64,000 nucleotides of DNA from Eledone cirrhosa (lineage: Eukaryota): the NCBI GenBank assembly GCA_964016885.1, contig OZ024740.1:142848001-142912000 (forward strand), given 5' to 3'. The notes beneath the pieces are model-generated. The model worked only from the letters and a program-made list of their open reading frames with translations, was not told the origin of the DNA and ran no database searches. This document shows, piece by piece, positions 41,650-54,095 of the stretch. A program made the translations under genes and the position numbers. Positions within the stretch are counted from its first letter, which is position 1. Each line of letters starts with the position of its first letter.

Positions 41650-42260
41650 ATTAACTCTGAGGCAGCCAGTTTGTGAGGTGCTGTACTACTTATCAAATTT
41701 TCATTATGCCTGATACTGAGTTCTTGAATACCATGATATCTGGAAATAAGACATCTTCGTGTGGGTACAACCCAGAAACTAAAGCTCAATTATCACAGTG
41801 GACGCATCTAATATTGCCAAGGGCAAAAAAAGCACATCAGGTACAAAACAAAATCAAGGTAATGCTGACTGTTTTCTTTGACTGCTGAGGCATTTTGCAT
41901 CACAAATATACACAAAAAGGACAATCAGTTACAAAGGAGTATTATCACAAAATCCTCCAACATCTTTGTGATTCATTTTGGTACAACTGACCAGATCTGT
42001 GAGCCTCGCACAACTGACAGTTTCATCATAACAAGGCCTTGGATCATTCTTTGCAGCAGATTCAATGTTTCTTGGCTAAGAAAGACATTTCACTCATTTG
42101 CTATGCACCCAACTCTCCAGACATGACTCCTCCTGACTTTTTTGAATGCCAAGAGGATATCAATGGTAGTGTTGAGAACCATTAAAGATGTGTTTTGAAC
42201 AGTGGCAGGATCACTAGGCTAAGTATGTGGAGGCACAAGGGATCTACTTCAAAGAGGATT
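41650..42260 (+). pseudogene. mariner transposase remnant
   Basis: GYNPETKAQLSQW..PRAKKA..KVMLTVFFDC, and PNSPDMTPPDF (YSPDLAPxD-like). Confidence 0.8.
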
Positions 42261-42488
42261 AGCAATTTAACCTTATCAAGTATCAACATTTTTTTCTTAC
42301 ACAATATAAGTAATAATAATTTCTATGTTGGCAAGAATTATGTATACATATATGAAAGTGTGGTGATGATGATGATGATGGTGATACTTATATACATATG
42401 AAGTAAAAATAAATGAAACTCCATCAGTTTCTATGATGAATATTTCAAATTTTTTTTATTTGTCTTTATTTCATGTTTCCTTTGGAAG

Positions 42489-42728
42489 GCCATTGAATAT
42501 TCCAAAACTGTTCCTAAGCCTGCAGTAAAACCAGTTCCTTTGAAAGATATAAACCCTGAGAAACAGAGACAAATCCAGAAAACATTTCCTTTGAAAGATG
42601 ATGACCCAACTACAAATCCTTCTGTGATGCTATTCAAGTCTGATGAGCTCGAAAGGTTACGGGAGCAACACGAACAAGACAAGAAGGTAGCAGAAGCCAT
42701 ACGACAAAAAATAAATGGTAAAAGTTGA
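42489..42728 (+). CDS. jhy: Jhy homolog terminal coding exon (79 aa + stop)
   Basis: Pyrimidine tract + AAG| acceptor, phase 0. AIEYSKTVPKP...LERLREQHEQDKKVAEAI matches the JHY C-terminus. Confidence 0.85.
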   Translation, partial: AIEYSKTVPKPAVKPVPLKDINPEKQRQIQKTFPLKDDDPTTNPSVMLFKSDELERLREQHEQDKKVAEAIRQKINGKS

Positions 42729-42802
42729 AAAAAAAGAGAAAAGATTGCAGCAAAACTTGCAGAAAATTGGACTACATATATATATGTATATGTGTGTGTG
42801 TG

Positions 42803-42835
<33 letters not shown>

Positions 42836-42846
42836 ATATAAATATA

Positions 42847-43393
42847 TATTATTGTTATACTTTGGGAGGGTCATGCTGCCAATAAAAACACATGTACCTG
42901 TTGGTTTTCACTTCAATTTATTATAAATTTCCAGTTGGTTCGATAACCGGATGGTTGTTTATATATTGTCAAAGCTCTTTTGTCACACATTCTGTGACCT
43001 CCTCAGTGACTAGGTTTTTTTATTTTGTGTCTCTCCTTTGTTCTGTCTTACACCATCTTGTTTTTGTGTGTTGTGTGCTTAGTTTGCACATAACACATAA
43101 ATAAATAAATAAAAACACACACACACACACCCAGATGTAACGCATGTGCAAACTAATTACACAGCACACAAAAACAAGATGGCGTAGGACAGAACAAAGA
43201 AGAGACACAAAATAAAAACCTAATCACTGAGGAGGTCACAGAATGTGTGACAAAAGAGCTTTGACAATATATATAAACAACCATCCGGTTATCGAACCAA
43301 CCAACCAATCGGAAATTTATAATAAATTGAAGTGAAAACCAACAGGTGCCTGTGTTTTTATTGGCAGCATGACCCTCCCAAAGAATAATAATA
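42847..43393. repeat. Foldback inverted repeat (~245-bp arms, ~50-bp spacer)
   Basis: 42847-43091 is the near reverse complement of 43145-43393. Confidence 0.9.
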
Positions 43394-43455
43394 TCTGCTT
43401 CAACACATGTTTTGAGATAAGAAATCTTGCAAAACAAATTCAAAAACGAAATATA

Positions 43456-43486
<31 letters not shown>

Positions 43487-44018
43487 CAGATAGGGTGTGA
43501 TAAAAAAAACCAGGTGGACTATAACCCACCAGAGTACTCAATACTTGGGGTAGTAGAGTGGTTAATATAAAAGAGATTCAGGACCCCGACGGCTGAGCTC
43601 CGGCAGTTCGGATCTAACTGTCGAAACAGCCAGGGCTCAGTCGTCGGGGTACTGAATCTTTTCATTTATATATAGCGAGAGATTTCAATAGTGATATTCA
43701 TTGGTCTGTTTGGGGAACTAAACAATACACACACACACACACACACACATATAAATATATATAAATGTTAATCACTTAAGGTAACAAAATAATATATCAA
43801 TATATATATATATAATCATAGTCACCATTTCAAAATGTACAGTATTTTTCTAACCAGGTTTCTATCTTCAGCTAGTTTAATCTCACATTTAAATTCTACA
43901 TTTTTAACAAATCTGTTATTTGGCCCCAAATTATCAGACATACTCAGAATATTTCTAATAAAGACTTTACTAATCCAGCTATATAACACACACGCACACA
44001 CACATGCACACACACATA

Positions 44019-44086
<68 letters not shown>

Positions 44087-44530
44087 CTAGCAGAGGTATA
44101 TATGCTAGTTGCTCGGGTATTAAATACCAGTTATGTATAACATTTATGTCAATACTTCAGTGCTGCTTGGAAAACTATACTTTTACAAAATCATCGGCTT
44201 TTTCCAAAAGGGGGTTCCTGCCCCCAGGGGTCCCCTACTCAATATGTGCCAATTCTGAGAGTTCACGTTCATCTGCAGAACAAACGTAGCCCATGTGTCA
44301 AGTTTTGTGAAAATCGGTTGTGAACTCCAGAAGTTATGATGTTTTGTTGCATTGCACTGCAGTTCTTCAGTCGACTCCAAGGAAGTGGTTAAAGGGGCTT
44401 ATCTGCCGGGAGGCCCTATAATCAATATCTGGAAAAATGAAAGTGCCCATGACCATCCGGAGTACATAAGTAATCTATGTCTTAAGTTTGGTGAAAATAC
44501 TGTAGAAATGCATAAGGTTTACACACACAC
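44087..44530 (-). mobile_element. Non-autonomous Helitron-like remnant
   Basis: Minus-strand end ACCCGAGCAAC...CTGCTAG|T resembles 945-972; microsatellite near the other end. Confidence 0.45.
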
Positions 44531-45739
44531 GTGCGTGTGTGTGTATTTGTGTGTGCGTATGTATATGTATGTGTATGTCCGTCGGCGCATACGTATGTAC
44601 TGGCCTAAATCTTCACTTAATTACTTTTACTATTTTAAAGCAAAGTTAAAATCCCGTCGAAGTTAACTTTGCCTTTCATCCTTACGGGGTCGATAAAATA
44701 AAGTACCAGTAATGTACTGGGTAATTTGCTGGCCTTGTGCCAAAAGTAGAAACAACTATTTTAATAACCTCTGTCATTTTCGTTTTCAATTTTATTTACA
44801 TCATTCTTAAACTTCGGGGCTGGAAATCATTCGGTTATTTTAAATAGAACATTAGTCTAACGACTCCATTTACACCATAAACTTTGTCTCGTCTTTGCAT
44901 GAAATTGTTCTTCTCAGTCCAGATAACGATGTATTATCCTCGCCTTTTTTCCGTTCATTACCAGGGAACATCTTCATGAACCAAAATATCGTCTTCCTGT
45001 TTTCCTTCGGTTGCAACTTTTCTCGAAATATTTAATTCTGCGTTCACAGATTGAATTTATTAGTTTAAGAAGATCCCGTTAATGTTGAAAGCAGCGATTC
45101 TTTGCTTAAACTTTCTTTCTTTCTCAACCCCTCTCCCTTTTTTCACATACCCTCTCTCTCTCTCTCTCTTTCTCTCACTCATACCCCCTCTCTCTCTTCC
45201 TCTACAGAATGGAGAACAATAAAGAATGCGCAGATCTCTCTCTCTCTCCCTCTCTCTCTGTCTTTATATATATATGTGTTTGTGTGTATGTGTGTGTGTG
45301 TGAACCAGCATTCGTCGTCATTCTCTCTCTCTCTCTGATTATCTTGTACCTATCTCACTCTCTCTCTCTACATCTCCCTTTCTCTCTTTAGATGTATATG
45401 TATATGTGTGTGTGATATATATATATATACAGAGAGAGTTGCAACATGTATGTAGTTTCATAGATTTTTGAGGGTAGTGAGAATGAAAATATAAACAGAG
45501 CATATAAATAAATTTACAGTAGAATAACATAACAAATATGTTTTAAATATATACATAAATAACATTACAAATGCCTCGGTAACACTACAAAGGATGATAC
45601 AATGAAAGATATATTCCTTCAATGCTACAATATTAAAGAAAATGTAAAGAAGGGGTGAACAACGGAGCCAACACCAGAGCAAAAGACAGCAGCGTCGCGA
45701 GTACTGAGCAACCTCTCTAATGATTTTTGAGGCAAGCCA

Positions 45740-46192
45740 GCACACTCGTAGCGTTGCCTCGGGTGATGGCGAGGCTGATGCGCTGAAATATTGTTTTAAA
45801 AGACTTTTTAATGGAAATGAAGCAAAATGGAAGCTTAATGTTGAAACTTCGAGCTCATGAATTTTGCTGGCCTGAAAACTGTTCGTGTATTTTTGTACGC
45901 ATAGTTTATTCGTACCGTAAATAGATTAACAAATGACGTCATAAAAGGGAAATAACTCGTCTCTCATCTCTATTTATACATTTGAACTGAAAAATCAATA
46001 CATTACAAATTCGATTTTTGCACTTGGCGTGGGTCGATTTGAAAAATTTTTTGACCGATGTCTCCGCCGGACATTCATTTATAAGTGTAGCAATTTCACC
46101 GAAATTTGAACGTACGGTTTAAGAGGAGATGTGTGTCAACCGTTTTAGTAGACAGACAGACAGACTGACAACCTCAGTTTTATATATATAGA
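45740..46192 (-). mobile_element. Non-autonomous Helitron-like element
   Basis: Minus strand begins A|TCTATATATATAAAA..(GTCT)n; degenerate ACCCGAGGCAACGC end motif. Confidence 0.55.
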
Positions 46193-46926
46193 TATATACT
46201 TAATACATTAACAGAGAAAGCTTTTAGTGATACTCCGACCAACTCCCATCTCACTCAACAAACATTAGGATATACCTTAGTATAATCCCAATTATGTGTT
46301 CGGGGTGCTAACTATATTTATTTCGTGGATAGTTAGCTGTATTATTTTATATGAGACATAATTAAATAAATCTCTCTTTCCATACGATCGTTTCATTATA
46401 AGATTTCTACAAGGTGGGAAAATAATGTCCAAGTTATGTAGAAGCTTGCATATAATCCATAGATACCCATGCAAGTGGGCCCTTATAACTCATCAGTGGA
46501 TGCCCAGGCAATATCAATATAAAAAAAACTACTTGACATTAATATTCAGCGATGGTCTCTGTCATTGCTAGAAGGACTGACAGAAAGTTTGAAAGTCCAG
46601 CAGTTCTTCAAAAGGAAAGGAGAGGTCATCGTAAAACATAAAATAATATACACGTAGGTCATTGAACCCTGTTAGGAATTCTAATCACTTGTGAAGAACT
46701 CAATTGGATATTAAAAAAATAAATATATGTACGTATTATTTATACACACAGAGACATTAAAAAAAATAATAAATATATGTACGCATTATTTATATATACA
46801 TAGAGGTATTTTCTCAGGCAAAAAAAACAGACATGAGATATAGGAAGAAGCAATCAATATTTCATATAAAAAAATAAATATAGTGATACCTAAATATCTG
46901 GAATTTATACATATACATATATATAT

Positions 46927-47534
46927 GGTGGCTGCCAACTCGTTTTCGAGTACGGCCACTACTTTATATCCATGTAGGAGAACCCCTACCGAAGCGCTGA
47001 ACGAGTGTGACTTTTTAGTCCAGCCAGCGACTTGAAAACTCTGGTACAAACACTACACTTGTGACAATTATTGACACATAGTGCTGGGCCCATGGTACCA
47101 TGTGAGGACAAGTGCAGAGAGATCTCCAGATATAAAGCAATGCCTGTGCCATGAAGCTTTTATAGTGAGCAAAGGCACTGCACAAAGCCAGTCCCACTCT
47201 CTTAACCAAGATGATATTTACCAAAAAGAAGAACAAGTCAACATCATTGGATACCATCAGGGTTGCAGGTTTTATATCAGAGTTTTCCTTCTCCTAGAAT
47301 TCTGCCTTGACAAAGGCTAAGGGGTCATCTCTCCCGGTGATTTTGGATGGCCATTGACTCTTAAGAGCTCCTTTGCCCTTTGACAGGTTTTGTTTTTAGT
47401 CCTGCAGGATGTCCAAAGTCACCCTCCTCACCAAGAAACCTTGGTGGGGTTGCCAGTTTAGTCGCCAACGACCCGACCATGAGACAGGTTGTACTGGGAT
47501 ACATGTTACCAGTAGCACCAACTGGTGACCTGAC
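46927..47534 (-). mobile_element. Non-autonomous RTE-derived (SINE-like) element in a (TA)n tract
   Basis: About 610 bp and non-coding. Contains the RTE 5'-UTR-like motif TCTAGGAGAAGGAAAACTCTGATATAAAACC. Second full copy at 49072-49678. Confidence 0.7.
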
Positions 47535-47546
47535 ATATATATATAC

Positions 47547-47611
<65 letters not shown>

Positions 47612-47678
47612 TATACACCCTTGCAAGCAGGGAAAAGCAGACGTAAAATGATGATGATGATGATGATGATGATGATAC

Positions 47679-47725
<47 letters not shown>

Positions 47726-48051
47726 CATATATATATATATACATACATATATACATACACATATATATAATTAAGACAATAACAGAGATAGTTTAAAGCT
47801 AAACTCTGCCTGGTAACCATCTCACTCAACAAACATTAGGTTATATTTAAATATAAACCCAATTTAAGTGTTTGGGGTGCTAACAATATGTATAATGTGG
47901 AAAAACCAGTTGTATTATTTTATGAGATATAATTAAAGTTAAAGTATATCTCTACACATATATATATATTTTTTATAATAATGTCTTCCTTGTGAAATGT
48001 GTGGTCTTGTTTTGCTTAACTAATGTATATATATATATACACACATACATA

Positions 48052-48094
<43 letters not shown>

Positions 48095-48389
48095 GTATAT
48101 ATATACATATATATATATATATACATATATATCACGATAAATTAACGGAGGCATAGGCCGTCGTTATTCCCTGTAAATAATGTGCTCAAAGGGGAAGAGA
48201 TCCTGAGCCCTTTAAAATATAATATGTTGAGAAGGTAACACACCAGAGAGAGATATATAGTGCGTTATCAATAATACAGGGAAAAAACCACCAGTGTATG
48301 GAATCTATAACCTAGGTTATAGATTCCATACACTGGTGGTTTTTTCCCTGTATTATTGATGTGTTACCTTCTCAACATATTATATTTTA

Positions 48390-48997
<608 letters not shown>

Positions 48998-49071
48998 TTT
49001 TTATAATAATGTCTTCCTTGTGAAATGTGTGGTCTTATTTTGCTTAACTAATGAATATATATATATATATA

Positions 49072-49678
49072 GTGGCTGCCAACTCGTTTTCGAGTACGGC
49101 CACTACTTTATATCCATGTAGGAGAACTCCTACCGATGCGCTGAACGAGTGTGACTTTTTAGTCCAGCCAGCGACTTGAAAACTCTGGTACAAACACTAC
49201 ACTTGTGACAATTATTGACACATAGTGCTGGGCCCATGGTACCATGTGACGACAAGTGCAGAGAGATCTCCAGATATAAAGCAATGCCTGTGCCGTGAAG
49301 CTTTTATAGTGAACAAAGGCACTGCACAAAGCCAGTCCCACTCTCTTAACCAAGATGATATTTACCGAAAAGAAGTACAAGTCAACATCATTGGATACCA
49401 TCAGGGTTGCAGGTGTTATGTCAGAGTTTTCCTTGTCAAGGCAGAATTCTCCTAGAATTTTGCCTTGACAAAGGCTAAGGGTCATTTTGGATGGCCATTG
49501 ACTCTTAAGAGCTCCTTTGCCCTTTGACAGGTTTTGTTTTTAGTCCTGCAGGATGTCCAAAGTCACCCTCCTCACCAAGAAACCTTGGTGGGGTTGCCAG
49601 TTTAGTCGCCAACGACCCGACCATGAGACAGGTTGTACTGGGATACATGTTACCAGTAGCACCAACTGGTGACCTGAC
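49072..49678 (-). mobile_element. Non-autonomous RTE-derived element, copy 2
   Basis: Near-identical to 46927-47534; partial copies lie inside the tandem units. Confidence 0.7.
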
Positions 49679-49704
49679 ACATATATATATATATATATAC
49701 ATAC

Positions 49705-49735
<31 letters not shown>

Positions 49736-51251
49736 CATGTATATATATACATATATATATACATATATATAGAGAGAGAATTAGTACATTTACCAACATA
49801 TGTGTACAGATGTTCACCTATGCTAGCAAATATATATGTTATGTCTTAGTACCTTTATGGTTCTATGCAGGGGGATGCAGAACAATTATATGAAAGACGT
49901 AAAATAAGAAAATTTTAAAAATTAAAAATCAACTTACTAAAGTTTAGTAAGTAAGTTGATTTTTAATTTTTAAAATTTTCTTATTTTACGTCTTTCATAT
50001 ATATATATATATATATGTCCCAACGAAATTCATGTAAACGTAATGTACAGACTTCATCTCTCTCTCTCTCTCTCCTAGCGTATTTTCAAAACAATCCATA
50101 TTTCGTATCAAGTCCAAATAGCCAATCTATCGCTAAAACAAACTACATTTTCTGTTTCTATTAAGTGCTAAATACGTAGGTTTTTGGACGTATTTAACAG
50201 AACAAATTTTGTATTTTTGTTAATCGCTTGTTAAATGCATGGACCCCACTCAATCATTACCTTCTTGCTAGCTATTTTCAAACCTTAATTCCTAACGTAT
50301 TTTCAAACCCCAATCCCCTAATTCTAGCGTATCTTCAAAACAAAAAAGCAAAATCCTTTCCTTCTTCCTTCTTCGAAGGCACGGGGCGGTCAAACGCCTA
50401 ACACCCACAGCCATCATGTGGCCCCCTACCCTCGCTCTCTCTCACTCTCTCTCTCTCTCCCTATAAATATATGATAGGAATTCACTTCGCCAAATTTCAT
50501 TTCATTGCTTGCTGTCCCAACGAAATTCATGTAAACGTAATGTACAGACTTCATCTCTCTCTCTCTCTCTCCTAGCGTATTTTCAAAACAATCCATATTT
50601 CGTATCAAGTCCAAATAGCCAATCTATCGCTAAAACAAACTACATTTTCTGTTTCTATTAAGTGCTAAATACGTAGGTTTTTGGACGTATTTAACAGAAC
50701 AAATTTTGTATTTTTGTTAATCGCTTGTTAAATGCATGGACCCCACTCAATCATTACCTTCTTGACACATAGTGCTGGGCCCATGGTACCATGTGACGAC
50801 AAGTGCAGAGAGATCTCCAGATATAAAGCAATGCCTGTGCCGTGAAGCTTTTATAGTGAACAAAGGCACTGCACAAAGCCAGTCCCACTCTCTTAACCAA
50901 GATGATATTTACCGAAAAGAAGTACAAGTCAACATCATTGGATACCATCAGGGTTGCAGGTGTTATGTCAGAGTTTTCCTTGTCAAGGCAGAATTCTCCT
51001 AGAATTTTGCCTTGACAAAGGCTAAGGGTCATTTTGGATGGCCATTGACTCTTAAGAGCTCCTTTGCCCTTTGACAGGTTTTGTTTTTAGTCCTGCAGGA
51101 TGTCCAAAGTCACCCTCCTCACCAAGAAACCTTGGTGGGGTTGCCAGTTTAGTCGCCAACGACCCGACCATGAGACAGGTTGTACTGGGATACATGTTAC
51201 CAGTAGCACCAACTGGTGACCTGACACATATATATATATATATATACATAC

Positions 51252-51282
<31 letters not shown>

Positions 51283-52798
51283 CATGTATATATATACATA
51301 TATATATACATATATATAGAGAGAGAATTAGTACATTTACCAACATATGTGTACAGATGTTCACCTATGCTAGCAAATATATATGTTATGTCTTAGTACC
51401 TTTATGGTTCTATGCAGGGGGATGCAGAACAATTATATGAAAGACGTAAAATAAGAAAATTTTAAAAATTAAAAATCAACTTACTAAAGTTTAGTAAGTA
51501 AGTTGATTTTTAATTTTTAAAATTTTCTTATTTTACGTCTTTCATATATATATATATATATATGTCCCAACGAAATTCATGTAAACGTAATGTACAGACT
51601 TCATCTCTCTCTCTCTCTCTCCTAGCGTATTTTCAAAACAATCCATATTTCGTATCAAGTCCAAATAGCCAATCTATCGCTAAAACAAACTACATTTTCT
51701 GTTTCTATTAAGTGCTAAATACGTAGGTTTTTGGACGTATTTAACAGAACAAATTTTGTATTTTTGTTAATCGCTTGTTAAATGCATGGACCCCACTCAA
51801 TCATTACCTTCTTGCTAGCTATTTTCAAACCTTAATTCCTAACGTATTTTCAAACCCCAATCCCCTAATTCTAGCGTATCTTCAAAACAAAAAAGCAAAA
51901 TCCTTTCCTTCTTCCTTCTTCGAAGGCACGGGGCGGTCAAACGCCTAACACCCACAGCCATCATGTGGCCCCCTACCCTCGCTCTCTCTCACTCTCTCTC
52001 TCTCTCCCTATAAATATATGATAGGAATTCACTTCGCCAAATTTCATTTCATTGCTTGCTGTCCCAACGAAATTCATGTAAACGTAATGTACAGACTTCA
52101 TCTCTCTCTCTCTCTCTCCTAGCGTATTTTCAAAACAATCCATATTTCGTATCAAGTCCAAATAGCCAATCTATCGCTAAAACAAACTACATTTTCTGTT
52201 TCTATTAAGTGCTAAATACGTAGGTTTTTGGACGTATTTAACAGAACAAATTTTGTATTTTTGTTAATCGCTTGTTAAATGCATGGACCCCACTCAATCA
52301 TTACCTTCTTGACACATAGTGCTGGGCCCATGGTACCATGTGACGACAAGTGCAGAGAGATCTCCAGATATAAAGCAATGCCTGTGCCGTGAAGCTTTTA
52401 TAGTGAACAAAGGCACTGCACAAAGCCAGTCCCACTCTCTTAACCAAGATGATATTTACCGAAAAGAAGTACAAGTCAACATCATTGGATACCATCAGGG
52501 TTGCAGGTGTTATGTCAGAGTTTTCCTTGTCAAGGCAGAATTCTCCTAGAATTTTGCCTTGACAAAGGCTAAGGGTCATTTTGGATGGCCATTGACTCTT
52601 AAGAGCTCCTTTGCCCTTTGACAGGTTTTGTTTTTAGTCCTGCAGGATGTCCAAAGTCACCCTCCTCACCAAGAAACCTTGGTGGGGTTGCCAGTTTAGT
52701 CGCCAACGACCCGACCATGAGACAGGTTGTACTGGGATACATGTTACCAGTAGCACCAACTGGTGACCTGACACATATATATATATATATATACATAC

Positions 52799-52829
<31 letters not shown>

Positions 52830-53858
52830 CATGTATATATATACATATATATATACATATATATAGAGAGAGAATTAGTACATTTACCAACATATGTGTA
52901 CAGATGTTCACCTATGCTAGCAAATATATATGTTATGTCTTAGTACCTTTATGGTTCTATGCAGGGGGATGCAGAACAATTATATGAAAGACGTAAAATA
53001 AGAAAATTTTAAAAATTAAAAATCAACTTACTAAAGTTTAGTAAGTAAGTTGATTTTTAATTTTTAAAATTTTCTTATTTTACGTCTTTCATATATATAT
53101 ATATATATATGTCCCAACGAAATTCATGTAAACGTAATGTACAGACTTCATCTCTCTCTCTCTCTCTCCTAGCGTATTTTCAAAACAATCCATATTTCGT
53201 ATCAAGTCCAAATAGCCAATCTATCGCTAAAACAAACTACATTTTCTGTTTCTATTAAGTGCTAAATACGTAGGTTTTTGGACGTATTTAACAGAACAAA
53301 TTTTGTATTTTTGTTAATCGCTTGTTAAATGCATGGACCCCACTCAATCATTACCTTCTTGCTAGCTATTTTCAAACCTTAATTCCTAACGTATTTTCAA
53401 ACCCCAATCCCCTAATTCTAGCGTATCTTCAAAACAAAAAAGCAAAATCCTTTCCTTCTTCCTTCTTCGAAGGCACGGGGCGGTCAAACGCCTAACACCC
53501 ACAGCCATCATGTGGCCCCCTACCCTCGCTCTCTCTCACTCTCTCTCTCTCTCCCTATAAATATATGATAGGAATTCACTTCGCCAAATTTCATTTCATT
53601 GCTTGCTGTCCCAACGAAATTCATGTAAACGTAATGTACAGACTTCATCTCTCTCTCTCTCTCTCCTAGCGTATTTTCAAAACAATCCATATTTCGTATC
53701 AAGTCCAAATAGCCAATCTATCGCTAAAACAAACTACATTTTCTGTTTCTATTAAGTGCTAAATACGTAGGTTTTTGGACGTATTTAACAGAACAAATTT
53801 TGTATTTTTGTTAATCGCTTGTTAAATGCATGGACCCCACTCAATCATTACCTTCTTG
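49215..53858. repeat. Tandem triplication, 3 x 1547 bp
   Basis: Units start at 49215, 50762 and 52309; the ORF track repeats at exactly 1547 bp; TTG microhomology at the junctions. Confidence 0.97.
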
Positions 53859-53906
53859 CTAGCTACCAACACCCCTCCCCCCCCACCCCCACACACCACC
53901 ATTGCT

Positions 53907-53971
53907 ATTACGTGGACCAATCATAAAACAGAGCCCCCACGCATCACCAGTATTATTACGCGGACCAATCA
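53907..53971 (+). promoter_or_regulatory. Paired CCAAT boxes, putative internal promoter of the LINE
   Basis: TATTACG(T/C)GGACCAATCA occurs twice, 48 bp apart, about 130-180 bp upstream of the ATG at 54096. Confidence 0.5.
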
Positions 53972-54095
53972 GAAACCAGAGGCCTATACTATCGCTTGCC
54001 TGGTTGCCTTTCGATATACGATATATGATGGATGGATGGCCTGCGGAATCCTGGAGAGTGGAGGTGAGAGAGAAAAATCTGGACGCTCAGCGACA

